From the NCBI GenBank assembly GCA_951406725.2, contig OX597816.1, forward strand, positions 100,440,001 through 100,504,000: a stretch of 64,000 nucleotides of DNA, read 5' to 3'. The notes beneath the pieces were generated by a model, which was not told the DNA's origin, ran no database searches, and worked only from the letters and a program-made list of their open reading frames with translations. A program made the translations under genes and the position numbers. This DNA is from Octopus vulgaris. Taxonomy: Eukaryota. Below, piece by piece: positions 27,780 to 43,340 of this stretch; position 1 is the stretch's first letter; each line of letters begins with the position of its first letter.

Positions 27780-28560
27780 TTGATGTTCGGTGCCAGATCA
27801 GTCATGATCAAAGGTCATCCAGCTGTGACCATCTCTTTTTCTTTTCCTCCTTGCAGGGAATCCAGAACCACATTTTCCAGTGTCTTTTTTTTTTTTTTTA
27901 AGATAGTTGGATTGTGATTTAAAAGAAGATTCTTCTGTAATGTTAGTATTTTCTTTTTATGAATAAAGGATATTTTCTAAAGTCTAATGCACTCTGAATG
28001 AAATTTGTTAATAAAATTCATTAGTGACTTAATGAAGGGACATCAAATGTTAGTCCTCATCAAATATTAATGGAAAAAGCTCAAAATTCTTTAAGTATTG
28101 TTTTTGTTACTATAATACATTCAATACATTTTTCCTGTTGTTTTTGGTGGAAGTCAAAGAAAGCTGATACCTTAGTTTTTCCATAATAGCATTCAAAACA
28201 GTTCAATTTTAGCTGAATATAATTAAACATAATCCTCAGAAAAATCCAAAATCATTCAATGATGGGAGCACTTAAGAAAACTAGTGAATCAAATGAGCCA
28301 GTGAGTGAATTTTAGGAAGTTATTTGACCTGCTAGAAATATCAGACAAATCTCCCTCAAATTACATCCTACTAATACTTTATATGCACTTTCTGACAAGC
28401 TGTGGTGCACCTGAGCACTGTATACAATAATTTCATTATTATTAAAGAAAGTGCACACTATGTCAAAAAATATAGATGAGCTGATCATGATTGGAATACT
28501 TTTGATCATAGGTTACTGCATTCAGAGCAGAGATAACCTGGGATTACATTCTTAATTAAT
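27780..28560. repeat. Two old copies (opposite orientation) of a dispersed repeat also seen near 33.5, 40.4, 41.8 and 59.0 kb
   Basis: Shared motifs ATCAAAGG..ATCCAGCTGTGACCATC and CTGCTAGAAATA.CA.CCAAATCTCCCTCAAAT. Confidence 0.55.
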
Positions 28561-31500
28561 GTTACTAGATTTTTTTAATGCTTCAAAACTGTGTTATGTG
28601 ATAAGTGTGTAATGGTTGACATTCTGTGTTTCTAAAATACATGCATAGGTAGAATAATTGTCAAAAGCTGATGTAAAATAAACAGTTATGTGAATTTTAG
28701 AAATACTATGTTAAAGTAGAGCAAAAATTGGAATAACATGCAATGAAAATAAATTAATTAAAAGAAAAAATTTAAAATGATTTTACTAATGATATGAATA
28801 AGCAATGAAAGTATATTGAATGCAAGTACTTTAGCTAGAATAGAGGTTTAATATGCCAATAATTAGGACTGCTGAAGTCACTAGATGTAAAAGTTACAAG
28901 TGCTATAAGAACAGTGCTCCAGGAAATAATTTTCCTAAGTGAAAGACAAATGTAAAGATAATTTTTACTAACTTTCCAAACATTAAACTTACTTGTACAA
29001 ACCAGTCTTGTGATGTGATATTTCTTATTTCATTTTCGTTATTCTTGTGCATTTTTCTTCAGATTTATTGCTTACCCATTTTCATATAACTCTAGTAATG
29101 ATATTGTTTAGTGAGTATAGATATTTTGAATTGAATGTTATAGGTACTATGCAAATATAATTATTTTAGACTGTTCTTCAAATCAATATGTAGATAACCT
29201 AAATATAAATTGCTGCAATTGAAATTAGTTAAATAAACCATAAACCAATCAATAAATTGTACAAGTGCAGTTAACAAACAATTATGAAATCCTGGCATAT
29301 GAAAATTGCTTTCAGCTCTGTTAGGGATTTATCACTGTATGAAGACTTATGTTGCTTTGGACAAAGCAAATTAAGTTGGAAAAAGTTCTCATTTTCCATC
29401 TTGTTGCTTTCATATTATTCTTATTTCAAGAATGTTTTAGATTTCTTTTTAACTATTATTAAATGGTTTATTTTCCTCAAAGTGATTGTTTCCACCTAAT
29501 TGCACTAACATAACATTCTAAGTTTTATCTAAATCAATAAAATGATATAAACTCCTTTAATGATAGCTAACAAATCTTATGCACCCCCACCCCACAAAAA
29601 ATGAAAAGAAGAGAGAATGTCATTTACAATAAATAGAAAAAATGCCACATTATCTGTTCCAAGCTCCTTTTAAATTTCAACCAGCTTTAGTTTAATCAGC
29701 TGTTGAATTTGCTCCGAGTCAGTGTACTATACATGATATTTGTCAATATCATGTTCAGTGTATATATGCCTCTGCACATAATGTTCTGTTGTTCAACAAA
29801 AAACATACAATGTTTATGCACATTTTGATATATATATGTCCTAGGTCATCATCAACAATGATAGATGAACTAATAATAAAAAAATTGTACAATGAGATAT
29901 ATGCATATACATCTATATGAATAAATACTTTTTATTTCTTTAATTGAGCTTTAAATGTTGCTAGGTTATGAGACAAGTACAGTTGGTACTTACAGACTTT
30001 TTAAAAGAGTTTACCTGCTATGATGTAAAGTTTAGTTTCTTATGGAAGTGAAACATACACTCAGCTAGATTAACATTTTATTTCATGTATCTATGGAATA
30101 ATGGACAGTAGAATTTATTTATTAATCACATTCAGAGAATAAGTAGTAAATTATGTATTCTTTTTGATCTTCGCAAAGTAACCTAACCAAAGGTAATCTC
30201 ACTAATTATAAGCAAGCTTCTAGTGTCATAGTTGTTTCTACTGAAAAAGTTACTTATTCTCAAAACTGTATAGTAAATGATGGAAGTGAGAAGAAAGAGG
30301 GTCGGGGATAACTTCTTATTTTTGAATGCCAAATTATTTTAAAAATTATTGAAATAAAGCTCAAATAAAATAATGCCATCAGTGTTCAGAAGCTTTTTAA
30401 TATAGATACTTATTTTTTGTTCATTTTGATTTTCATCCTACCAGAATATTCTACAAGGTTGTGTAATTAGTTATTTTCAGCAATCAGTAATGCCTCAAAT
30501 TAAGTAAAATAGCATCTGATATCAGACGAATCCATAATTATTGGAAATGTTATCTTCTCAAGTTGGATTTTATTAGTTTATTATTTTTATTAATCGAGAA
30601 CTTTGTGTATTTTTTTCTTTTTCTCATTACCATTCTCACCTTCCTATGTTCATGCTGTGAACCTTCACATTAATTGAATGTAATTATGTGACAAAATGAA
30701 TAGCTGTTTTGATTGGGTTGGTAAACGTCTTATATTCAAACACTTAAAATAAAGAAATATCCTCTCCTACTTTTCTTATCTTTTAAACAGAACTTTAGCA
30801 ACCTAATACAATTTTAAAATCTTGTGTTGATAAATTTTCTATGAGATTGTATTTTTAAGCAGTGAGTGAATGATTTACAAATAGCTGATAAAACTGGTAA
30901 ACAATACTATACCAGTTAATCTACTTTTCTAATATAATATCACATTTACAAGCTCTGAAGGGAAATTAGTGGTTTGTCCTTGTGTCAATTTCACTTAACT
31001 CAGTTCCATTTATAAATTCAGATAAACCTAATACTGTCATCTTTTTACTATTCTGTTGAAGATTTTAGTTCAGTAAAGTGTCTCCAAACAAATGGAAGGC
31101 TTTTAAATAGATATATGGCATACTGATTTAATATATAAATATTCCCACAAATATACCCCTAATCTTTAAGTAAGATGAAAGTTATTCTTACTAACCACAA
31201 CAGAGATAGACATAGTTAATTTAACCACTGCATCATAGTATTGTTTTTGTAAAATTTATTAACGGTTGTGGGTAATCCAGCCTGGTGTTCAGATTGATAA
31301 GTAGCTCCTTAGATTGTGTTTATTATTTGTTAGCTCAAATGAAAACATTCAAGTGGCAATACTAACGTTATAGACTACAGTAGTTATTATAAATAAAATA
31401 ATTATGATTATAAATTTGTATTCTTTTCCCCAGAGTGCTCTGTTATTTGTCCATAACCACTAAGTCACTGTGTGCTAATGGAGACATTATTTACAAGTTG

Positions 31501-34500
31501 AGAAAATAAACTAATTAATGTCATGTGTTCCATTATTCTTTATGTGCATTTCTTTACTCTTTAGAAAATTGAAGTTCTTGAGGAAATCAATTCTGCACTT
31601 CATTTTTTTTTTCAGGTAATAATTGGAGAATATCTACAGATATTCTACAGGTTTTCAAATGGTTGTGCCAAAAACATTTTCCTCAATGTTGCTATTAGAA
31701 TATTTTAGGAGTATTGCTTAAAGAGATCAGTTTCTTCATTTCTTCAATTGAAAATTTTGTTTCACAGGTCGTATTAAAATGAAGATTTGTGCATATTTTC
31801 TCTTTTACTAAATCCAATCACATCACAGTCTTTTTCTCTTCCAAATGTTCCTTGTGAGAAAATACATGTTATTGAGAAAATTTATAAAATAATTTCTAAA
31901 AATATAAAATTGATGAATAAAAATCTTACTGATTCAATTAAGTTAGGAAGGATTTTTCTTCTTTTTTTCAAGTTACATTTTTGTCAGGTGTTTGTTCTCA
32001 ATGAAACTGCCTTAAGATTATAATTTTTGTCAAGGACTGTGTATCCATTTAGCTCCAGCCTTGCATATTTTACTGAAGTAAAGATATCTGATTTAATTAA
32101 TCTTTCATTAAATTTTAATTTCAAACTAATGGCCATAAATTATTTCTTCCTTCTTGAGTTTTAAATGAATTTTAATTTTTTTTTGCTATCCAATTCACTG
32201 GCATAAATTTTCATAATTATATCAATAGTCATTTTAGAAATCAGAAAATTTATTCTTTAACCAAAAGCTTCATTTTATCTATTATATTATGTATGTACAG
32301 TTTTATGCTATTCTATATCATAGATAATATTTTATAATCAATACACATAATTTACATTTCAGTGTGTTATGCTGTCATATTGTAGCATACAGTATTATAT
32401 ATACTGCATAAACATGTTATAAATTTGACATATTTACCTAAGTATTACTGAAATTTAAGTATATGTAAAATTAACATGTTATGAATCATCTTCTTTGCTT
32501 TGACTTTCTCTTCCATTTGCATAAGGAATAGTCCTTACTTAACATTGGCCAATCTGCTTTTAATATTGGTCATATCTATAGTAAGGCCAGCAGCTTCAGT
32601 AAGTCTCCCATTGCAACTGGTTAGATCCTTACAAACTTTTTGGTATCTCTTTATTCTTTTAATAGTTTGGTCTAGAGGAAGGATTTGTCCTCATGGTTCT
32701 TGTATGCCCTCTAAAACAAATGTGATTAACATGGTTGATGTTCTAGAAATGACATCAGCTATGTTAACCTCACAATTTGACAGCTGTATGAAAAATGAGC
32801 AGTGAAGAAATTCTAGAAGGTTGATGATGGTTTGGGGAAGAAGACTGAGTAAAGTGATTAGTGTGAATCTGGAGTGGGTTAAGAAAATGAATTACATGAG
32901 GAAGAGGGATAACTGAGTTTGGTGAACACAAATGAAAGTGGCATGAGGCCAGCCAGTTGCAAAAAGGCAGAAAAATGCAGAAAAAAGCAGCAAAAGGAAG
33001 CTCCATGTGTGGCGATGTGTGGCTGGAGTGTGTATGCCTTAGTAAATGTTTATCTTGCAAAGGCCTTCCAATACAATCTATCTCTGTAGTCTTATTTTTG
33101 TAATTCAAGAGAGTGACCCATAGATATATTTAAAAACAAACTGTGAAATGCAATTAAAACTAGCCATTTAATAATCACATTAGATATATTAGTTTCAAAT
33201 CATAGAATGTAAATACAAATCTTAGCTGTATACCTCTTCAGTTTTCTGTATTGACTTAAAGCAAATTACTAATACACTTCTTGTTGGATTTAATATTAAG
33301 CACATGAAGTGACTAGTGAAATTCACTAAATATCATTCTTTTTTGTTTTTCAAGCTCTATAGAAAAAGATCATTGTAATGTTCACGTGATTAAAACCAAT
33401 AACTATAAAAATACATAACTTTTATACCTTTTAATTATATTATATGCTCTCAATCAATGAGGAAATACCTACCTAGTCGCTTAACTTGTTATAAATAGCA
33501 ACCAAATCACACCTTACTACCTTAAACAAAATGAGGATACATTTAACAATGTAATCCAAGGTGCACTATGCCTAAAAAAAAAGTCCTGGGCCTACACAAT
33601 ACACCTTATTATTTTAATCTATTCATAGTGTCCTTTCAGAAATATTTATTTTTTTCCTGGGCCTCTCTATCAGCTTCCTCCAGATTTTTGAATTTTAGTT
33701 ACTTTTACAAATTCTTTGCAGTAGCCAGTCATTTGCATATAAAGAATTCTAAACAACACTAAACGTCATTGTTGAAATGTTGAGAATTGTATCTTGAGTC
33801 GGAATAGCAAAGTTTCAAGCAACATATTAACTGTGTAGAATTTAACAGTAGTTAATTAGGAAAATAAAAGATATAATGAGTAATGATGTATGATAACTGG
33901 ATAAAATTGGTATAGTTGTTATTTGTTATTCATTCAATAATAGCACATAGTGTTCACATCATTCATATGTTAATATGAAGAAATAAATGTGGTAGCATGA
34001 TAAAAGACAACATTTACCTATGAGCTACATTGATATTAGTTTATGTCTTTAGTTGTTATATTTGTTGGTTTTAGCATACTTTTCTTCATAGATTACAGAA
34101 ATACTGAAGGAAAAGAATCTTGTACTTTTTTTAGTTACACTGAAAGTATTCATTTGTCATGTGAATTGATCATTAATTATTTCAATTCTTCATTTCATGA
34201 GTTATGTTTCTTATATTCTAAAAGAGAGCTCTGCTACAATATAAACATCAATACAATTTATGCTTCCATCGTTCTGAAGTATCCATTATTTTTTATGTCA
34301 TTACATTATCTAATTCATTTTGGATTCTCAATACTCTGTTATGTTTCATGACTTCTGTTTGAAGAAATGCAGAAATCTATCAAAATGCCCTAAGGTGTTA
34401 GAATTGTCCACATTATATATTACTATATAACCTATGATAAAAGTATTTAAAGCAATTCTTTGTTTCATCTAGGTTTCTTCAAAACTGGTTAAAATTAACG

Positions 34501-35989
34501 AAAAGTGAACTTTCTTCAGAAAGAAAATTCTAAGATTTCTACAGAAAAATTGTAATTAGGAAATCAATATTTTAAGTTATTTTTATTCGAGTCTTTCCTT
34601 TTCATCTTTTATTAAATCATTGTTGTAAAAAATAAATAAATAAAATAGAGTTTTCCTCAAGTCATGCTGGTAATTTGAAAATGCATTTTGTCTAAAGCAA
34701 GAATTCAGAAATACAAATCTTTGATGATTCTTTTATTTAAAAATCTATAATGTCCATTAAGTGCTAGCTACTAACCATTTTGCTGAACAGAAGTTATCTT
34801 TAACTTTAAGAAAGTGCAACCTAGTTATAAATGTGATACAAATAGCCAGACATACATTCAATTCGTTTGACTAAAATAATCTCTTCAGGTAAATTTAAAT
34901 TATTTTTTAGATTTGTTCATTCAAAAGTGATATTTTTTAAGAGATTTTGTTTCCATTATAGTTTAAATTAGACTGATTCTCACCCATTTTTGTCAATGAT
35001 TATTTCACCATGCTGCTAATAAAATAATTTGGAAGTACTATTTCTAAATATTTTGTTTGATGATATATTAGTCAGCTGATTATGCTGAGACTTATAAACA
35101 AAAAGGCATAGTTAAGCAGTGCATTATTTGAATAGTGAAAAGAATATTCTACATTGACATAAGGTAATTTAGATAATCCAAACTGAAATAAATTTCATTC
35201 TTTGAGAAAAAAAGTGAATGATTCTGGCAAGCCTTCATGGACAAGAGATGAAATGTCATCTGGTATTGAAATATAAACTAAGAACAATGAGAGAAAAGAG
35301 GTAATACCAGGGAATGCAATAGATTTACACACATGTGCACAGACACAAACACATCATCATCGTCATCATCACCAACAACAGCATTTTTTCTGCTTTTCAT
35401 GTTGGTATGTATTGGCCAGGACATCCAGGTCTGATGCCCTCCTACATGAGACAGGGACATCATTTTACTGATACATTCTATTTTAGCATGGTTTGTAAAG
35501 CTAGATGCCCTTCTTAACAACAGCCCCTGTATATTGTGTACTATATGTATTTTTGTCAGTATCAGAGCTAGAGAGGTTATCTAGTCTTCATAGTCTTCAG
35601 CATGATTGAAGGAACTCTCTATCCTAAGACACAAACACACACACACACATTTATAAATGCACATATAATATTTTTAAACAACCAGCATTAATCCAGCTTT
35701 TGGGGATTTTATCTCATGAAATACTTTTAATGATTATACAGTATCTGACAGATTTCTGTACTAGTTGTGCACTTTCTTTGTTTTGGTCATTATAAATAAA
35801 ATTTTGTAATTGTGCTAACATTGCTAAATAATACCATGAGATATTATTGAGCCAGTTATTAGATAAATTGCACCAAATTTCAAATGTAATTCTTTTAGTA
35901 CACATGCATACCACACACAAGCATACACTCACACACAATATGAGTAAATATGTATATATATATGTACAGGTGTGTGTGTATGTGTGTGT

Positions 35990-36024
<35 letters not shown>

Positions 36025-36319
36025 TGGATAAATATAAGTTGAAGATTCAAGTGAATCAGGTCCTACTTAAATAGTAATGCACCAAAATTGAGTCAATGAA
36101 ATCGCTATCATGTACAAAACAAAATTAGAGAAACATATACATACATAATGAAGTAATGACATATTTATATTCCAGTTGCAGGTACAATCACAAATGTCTG
36201 ACTGAATGTACCATAAGCCTCAAGGTTGCACCTAGGCACAAATACTGCACTAGTTGTACTGTACTGAATGGACTCCTGATCCATACTAATTGCAAGTTCT
36301 GAGTAAGGCAAATGATAAA

Positions 36320-36560
36320 CAAATAACAACAGATGAATTGTGGTTCACTTACTACAGCTGATTCAGACCAAAGTTCGCTAGGAAATCATGAAATGACACA
36401 TACTTGGATTTATTGGAATGTTTTTTAAAAATGTTTAATTCATGCATATATTCACCTGTTGAAAACAGTTTTTTCCGCATGATGTAATGACTATTCATCA
36501 ATAAAAAACACGTCTGAAACAGCTGTAGTGAGTGAACCACTCACTATCTGTTGTTATTTG
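36320..36560. mobile_element. Small element with 49-bp terminal inverted repeats
   Basis: 36320-36368 CAAATAACAACAGATGAATTGTGGTTCACTTACTACAGCTGATTCAGAC matches the reverse complement of 36512-36560. Confidence 0.85.
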
Positions 36561-36784
36561 TGTGTGTGTGTGTGTGTGTGTATTTAATTTTTATGCCAAG
36601 TTATATTAAAGACAATTTTACACGAAACTGAAGGATTATTCAGTACGTCTTGTAGCTTGTAGAGTACATATTTATTACTCTTTACAAGAATAGCATTAAT
36701 AGTGATTTCAAACTTTTGGCTTCAGTGGACTGTGGTACTTTTAAGTTCATCTTGACTTTATATAGACTCTGGTAAGTTAATTTT

Positions 36785-37389
36785 TCCTGGGTCCCAGCTT
36801 GTTTTTGGCAAGAAACTCACAAGTACGGAGAACATAGTGACAGGGTACATTGCTGTCATGAAGAATTCAATTCTTCATGCTCTACAGATTCAGTTGCTTT
36901 TGCCAAATGTTCTCCCTCAAATGCTTTAAAATGTCACTGTAGAACTCTCAGTTGATGGTCTGGCCCTGGGGGATGAATTTTCAATGCACAATACCATGTT
37001 TCTGATGCTCATGGCAGGTCTTCCAGATTGCTCATCATCTTCCAGGGACATTCTTCCACTTTTTAAGTGCCTGTGCCACTCAAAACATTGCATACGATCT
37101 ATTGCCTCATTGCTATAAGCATGCTCAGTGTCTCTGGAGCAGACTTACCAAGTTTAACACAAAATTTCATGCTGGCTCTTTGTTCCTGTCTATGACAAAA
37201 TCGTGGACTACAATATACATGTGATCACAAAAACATGAATTTCACAACTTGCAAAGTAAACACAATGATGTGACTCAGTACACTGCCTCATGAGGGTCAC
37301 TGCTAGCTCTCACTGTGCATACAATTGTGTGCTGCCATCTCTCAGCATGCTACAGAACTAATCCAGGAATGTTTTGATATCACCTTGTA
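36785..37389 (-). mobile_element. Internally deleted mariner relic (5' TIR, HTH and part of the catalytic domain)
   Basis: TIR TACAAGGTGATATCAAAACATTCCTGG. Translations EQRASMKFCVKLGKSAPETL, CFEWHRHLKSGRMSLEDDEQSGRP, then FIPQGQTIN*EFYSDILKHLRE...ILHDSNVPCH. Confidence 0.85.
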
Positions 37390-37799
37390 TTTAGGTACGT
37401 CAGCTTCAGGTCTTGGCTGATTTTTAGGGTTCACAAAAACAAAAAAATGTAGTTAGGTAAAAAGGTTAGTTGGTTAGCAGATGTCTAACTAGATTTGATT
37501 TAGTGGTAGTTTATTTTCTTTGTGGACTAATGGCAAGTTTAACCTGTCATATTGAAGCAAGTGATGTCCTTCATTTCTAGGCTTCTGTGTACACATGTCT
37601 GCCATGGAGAAATATTACCTCACTGTGAAACAAGTGAAGTTTAGCAATAGAAAGGGTATCTACTCATAGAAAATTTGCCTCAATAAATTCTGCCTGACCT
37701 ATGTAAGCATGGAAAAGGGGATCCAAAAATGATGACAATGACACTTACATGCCTTTAAAAAAGACAGAGTACAATATTGTGCCAGATACATCATGTCTA

Positions 37800-39450
37800 A
37801 ATAAAAGATTTAGGTTCATAACTGGAATGTACACTCAACCCAAGAAGCCCTCAGATTAATTAATAACTAAATAGCCATTTATATGTGAAACATTTGGTTG
37901 TTGGAACTGTATTACTCAAGCAGACTAAACCGTAGCATTAAGTATTTAACTACTTACCTCATAGATCTATTCACATTGTACAACTTTATTAGGAGCATTG
38001 ACAAAACAGAACAACTGTTTCAGAGCTCACAAATATGTTTCTTTAGATCAACCTTTAATAAGGGCATTTCCTGGACAGAAAGTTTAAAACTTATTGACTA
38101 AGACTAGAATTGTTTGAAAAAACATATGATGAAGAAAAAGGAGATTGAATTGTTGGAAACAAAAGAAGCGGACCTTAAATGAGTACAACAAAGATTTGTG
38201 TTAATTAGCTAGGGTATTCCTCAATGTATTGTTTAAAATCAATCTACTTATTCAGTTGAGAAAAGGAAAGATTCCAAGACTGAGTCTGAATGTTAAAATA
38301 TGATTTGTGATAAAGCTGTGAGTTGGATTTTCAATATTGCTTGAAATCATTAAGTTGCCGTCTTAAAACTATGTCTTATGAAAATATCTAAAATTATATG
38401 TATTTGAGACAGAATGAGAGGTAGGTAGCAAGTTCATAAATTAGTGGGGATGCATTTGGATTTGACTGTGTACATCTATTCAGTTCATGTGGAAAGAACT
38501 ATAGTTGTAAAGTGTTTATTTTTGAGAGATAGTGCTAGTTCTCTAAGTGTTCTGAACATGGAATAAAATAAATTTGAAATGTTGGTGAAAGTTATTTTCA
38601 AGTCAGGAAATTTAAATGATAGTTGAATGAGGTTACTAATGTTACTAACGCTGCAATTAGATATTATTTACATAGTATATTGTACAGAATGGAATTGAAA
38701 ACACCTGAATTGACTGAAAATACTCAGTGTGTTAACATTTCTTGTTAGCAACTAACCAAAATTATGATTCATAAGGGATAACTTTATTTTATCTAATAGC
38801 AAGCATTTAAAGATCATAGATCTCCATTTCAGCTATTTGTAGTACTTTCATGACTTAATTGAAATGAAACTAGCCTTCTTGTGGTGAAGGGAAATAATGC
38901 ATCATATCTATCCACTTATTTATTATTGATATCTTTGGATCTATTTCAGAAGACATTGGGTCTGTTATTGAAGTTAAAATCAGGATGTTTCAAACAAAAC
39001 TTCTGATTGAGAGTTGATTTTGATTTTCAAGATAACAGTTTGTAGAAAAACAAAAAGAATAAAAAAATTGCTAATGAACTCTTGTAGGTTTTCTAATGAA
39101 ATATAGGTTAAAACAAAAGGATTTAAAGAAAAGGTTGTTGAAAGGAAGCAATAAAGTCTAGTTGCTGAAGGGTTACTGAAAAAAGTCGATGAAAATATAA
39201 ATCATTGATTGCAGTCTGTAAAACAAGAGAATGAGATTATGATGCAGATAATATTCAGTGATGAAAAATGGACACGGATTTAATATAGCCATCAGTTAGT
39301 CTTATAGCATGATTAAACTGATTTCTGTTAGATAAAGCTCACTGGCACGGAATCGTGTTTTTCATTGTAAGGAGAAACTAGCAATGAATGAAAGATATAG
39401 GGGTGGTTGGAAACTAAAGGCAGCTTATTCAAGAAAATTGATGGTAAAAT
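37800..39450 (-). mobile_element. Possible very old CR1/L2-like LINE relic
   Basis: Only faint motifs (LIKLY...SLLE*YSS, DFK-like). Boundaries uncertain. Confidence 0.25.
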
Positions 39451-40059
39451 ATATGGAAAGAGAAATTTGAGAGCAGAGGAAAGAAAGAGAGGGTAGGAAC
39501 AAAACGATGGAAAAATATATTCATTTATATAAAACTTTTTATGAGTACTTTCAATAATATTTCTACCTTTTCATAATATCATTGGGTCCTGCTCTAAATC
39601 ATGTGCTATAACATGCAATTTAACCTCTTGCCAATTATAGAAAATGACCAAGCAGAATGTCAGTAAAGATCATATGATATAGAGTTGATATTGTTAGCCT
39701 GATTAGCTATGTCAAAGTGTTCTATGCCATATATGATTGGCACTGATTGTCAATCCCTTATGATATACATTAACAGTTAGGTAAGAAAGAGAGAAATAAA
39801 TAAATGAATTGAAATGCTAATATTATTGTTTCACTTACTTTTCAATTATTAAAAAAAATTATTTAACAAATTTGCTGCCACAAATGCCATATTTTATTAA
39901 CAACATAACTCATTCTTTTGTAAATTCTAGAACACCACAAAATACAGGCCAGTTACATTGAGTGAATAGAAATCTAGATTATTTTGTCTTAATTTTGAAC
40001 CAATCTAGTATGACTTTTTTATCTATATTATAAGAACATAAACATCATTGTTTTTTCTT

Positions 40060-40291
40060 TATCTGGCAGAGTTTCTACAGCTGGATGACCTTACTAATGC
40101 CAACTAATCTGAGAGTGTAGTGGGTGCTTTTTACGTGCCACCGGCATGGGGGCCAGTCAGGCGGTACTGGCAATGACCTCGCTTGAATCTTTTTACACAT
40201 GCCACCGGCACAGGTGCCAGTAAGGCGACGTTGGTAACGATCACACTCGAATGGTAACCTTTTACGTGCCACCGGCACAGAAGCCAGTTGC
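40060..40291 (-). mobile_element. RTE 3' UTR fragment with three tandem units
   Basis: CTGGCAGAGTTTCTACAGCTGGATG... followed by GTGCCACCGGCA units. Confidence 0.85.
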
Positions 40292-43019
40292 TATTATCTA
40301 TAATTTCTGTATATCTTAAACGAATGAAGGAACTTGTATGTGGCCACTTAATCTGCTAGAAATAGCAATCAAATTTCTCTCAAATCACTCTTCCATGTTT
40401 TAAAATAAGAAGAATGCTATGTAGCTAAGACTATATTGTATTTGCAAGAAAAATAATATTGGCTTGGACAGCTTTGATCTATTCAATTTGAGATGACTTC
40501 AGACTAAATAACAACAGTTCTGAATGTGCATATTTATACCCCCTATTTCCCGAGATCCACATCCACAAGTCCTATAATTGTCTTGATTTCAACACAGATA
40601 ATAAAGTAAAATACTTAGAATACTTAAAAATCTGCTTTTATATTACTGTGTGCATGTACATGTCCACAACCAGGAGGAAACTGATATTGATGTTGAATGA
40701 CAAGTGTAACACTAAGAGAAAAAAGTAACCATTATGAGTGATGTGATAAATTTGTTGTACTTGCAATAATGTATATCAGTGATGCAGATAAGATGAGGTA
40801 ATACAACTACCTTAATATTGAATTTCTCTTTATACTGTTGCTCTTATTTTGGGGGCTACCATGTCTTCTATGCAGCAGTGAAAATATATTATCAAATGTA
40901 AACAAATTTATCATATCATTTATAAATGTTACCTTTCTTTTTTAATGTTCACTAGTTATTTTACATCTGAATAGGTTTCTTCTAAGCTGTGAACATATAC
41001 AGGCACACATTAAATTATCCATTTACAATCTACAAACCTATGAAAATAAAAATGAACTTAATTCATCCATACTACTTTTGGTTTGTATGCTCATTATAAA
41101 ATTAAAAAGACACCTATTTTTGGTTACTAGGGGAAATTATACCTCATTATATTTTTGCATGCATTAAACATTAATTGTTTGCATACATTAAACATAAAGC
41201 ATAGTAGGTGATTCTGGTAGCAATAAATGTGAACAATTTTCAAGGGACTATATGTTGAGAAACATATAATCATTTAGTACAATGAAATCACATTTATTAA
41301 TTTTTGCAACATCCTGTCAGACTGTACTTAATTTGTACTGAAAATGTGTTGGTAGTTCTTGTTTCAACCTCATCTTTTATTTATTTATTTATTTGAAATG
41401 TAATATTTTTCTTCAGGTTAATATTTAAATATCTTCAAACCTGAATTTATCATGTATGATTCTGGTTATTTTTATCCCTTCATTTCAAAATGTGTCTGCA
41501 TATGCTAGTAAAGATCAACGTGTTCAGATTATACCTATATTTGTGTACATGGTGGTGGGGACAAACACACACACACATAAATATATACATATATCTTTAA
41601 AGTCTAACACTTTCTTTTCAGCTATACTGTGTCTCCTAATAAACTACATTCTAAACATTTTGTTTGGTTCTACACTTTAAAAATTTCAACCTTCAGTTTT
41701 CCCCTTTTGCTCAGTGTTCTCTGGAGTACATTGATTCATATTGAATATAAATTGACTCTAAACAGTTATCCTCATCTTTCACTTTGTGAGAGAAGAACGT
41801 TCATGGGGGTTCTCTCTTCCTCCAAATAATATATAAAAGCATTCTACCATCTAAAACAAGGAAATAAATAAATGTGTAAATAAATAAACAAATAAATAAA
41901 GGAAGTGGGCTGAATATATTATTATACCTTTAAAGGGCTGTATGGTCTCCTCAATCAAGGTTGGCCTTGTTCTAGGCAACAAGAACAACAATGCTATGTT
42001 CATCATTCATTCTCTTCCGTTTCCATAATTTTGCTTTACTTTTTTCTTTACAATTCTCTTCTTGTATTTCTTTCAGGCAGTCATTTTAGAACTTTTGTAA
42101 GATGTTCTATCTTCTATGTATATTTTTTCTTGTTGTATCTTCCAGCCTTTTCATTTCTATTTCTCAGAATTTAGCTGTTCCTAAAGAGAGACATGGATAT
42201 AAGTAGAACTTTTTATCCCCAGTAACTATGCAACTCCTCCCTATTATTGCTTTGAGATATATAGAGATGCACACATGCAAACCACACATACATAGTTATA
42301 TTTTTAAAAAATTTCAAAATGTTAAATTTCTTCAATATATTTACCTACAATATTCTTTTGTAACAAATCTTCTCTTGTAATTCTTTTATACTAAATGTCT
42401 TTCGCAAAAATGTTTCATCTAATGAATAATTCGATATCACAATTTCTTTCTTGATGAAACGGGTTTTTCTTTTCTTTTGTCTGTATTTGCCTTTTTTCTC
42501 TATTCCTTTTATAACTCTTCAGTTTCTTAAGAATCTCATTCTTTATTTTCAGGTAAGTGAAACATGGAGATGACCTGACGGGTGAGCTCTACACAAATAT
42601 TGTCAGTTTTATTGTTTGCCATTATACAATTTAATGCCCTCCGTCTATTCTTGCTTTTGCTTTTCTCTTCATATACGTGTATGTGTTTGTGTAGTTTAAA
42701 TACACACACATAAATACATGAATATGTATGAATATTCAATGCATATGTGTGCAAGAGTATACATTTTATCTGTTGCATGGATATCACATTCCTAGGCTTA
42801 AGTTATTTTTGTTATCATCTAACTACTAAATATATGATTATATCTTAGTACTAGGCTGAATCAACACAAATTGAGCCAACATTAAAAATTACATCTATAT
42901 ATCATCATTCTCACTGCATGCCTATTTTCCATACTGGTATGGGTTGGACATTATGTATCTTTTACTTGTTTCAGTCATTAGACTGCGGCCATGCTGGGGC
43001 ACCACCTCTTTCTATATTT

Positions 43020-43340
43020 ATATAGGAAATGACAAGGGACCATGAGTCGTAATTTGCAGTACTTGACAAGACGGGCCAAGCTAAGTAAAATCTGTCATCC
43101 ATATGTACAGGCTTGTCCTCTACAGGTGCCAGTGCCACATAAAATGCACTTGTGCTGGTGTGGCATAAATGTGCCCATGCCAGTGGCATGCTAAAGGCAG
43201 CCCAGCACACTCTAGTGTTAGGAAGGGCTTTCAGCCATAGAAACCATGCCACAACAGACAATTGGAGCCTGGAATGCTCCATGTCAAACCATCAAATTCA
43301 TGCCAGCATGGAAAATGGATGTTAAATGAAGATGATGATA
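43020..43340 (+). mobile_element. RTE 3' UTR/tail copy
   Basis: GTGTTAGGAAGGGC...CATGCCAGCATGGAAAATGGATGTTAAATGAAGATGATGAT. Confidence 0.75.
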
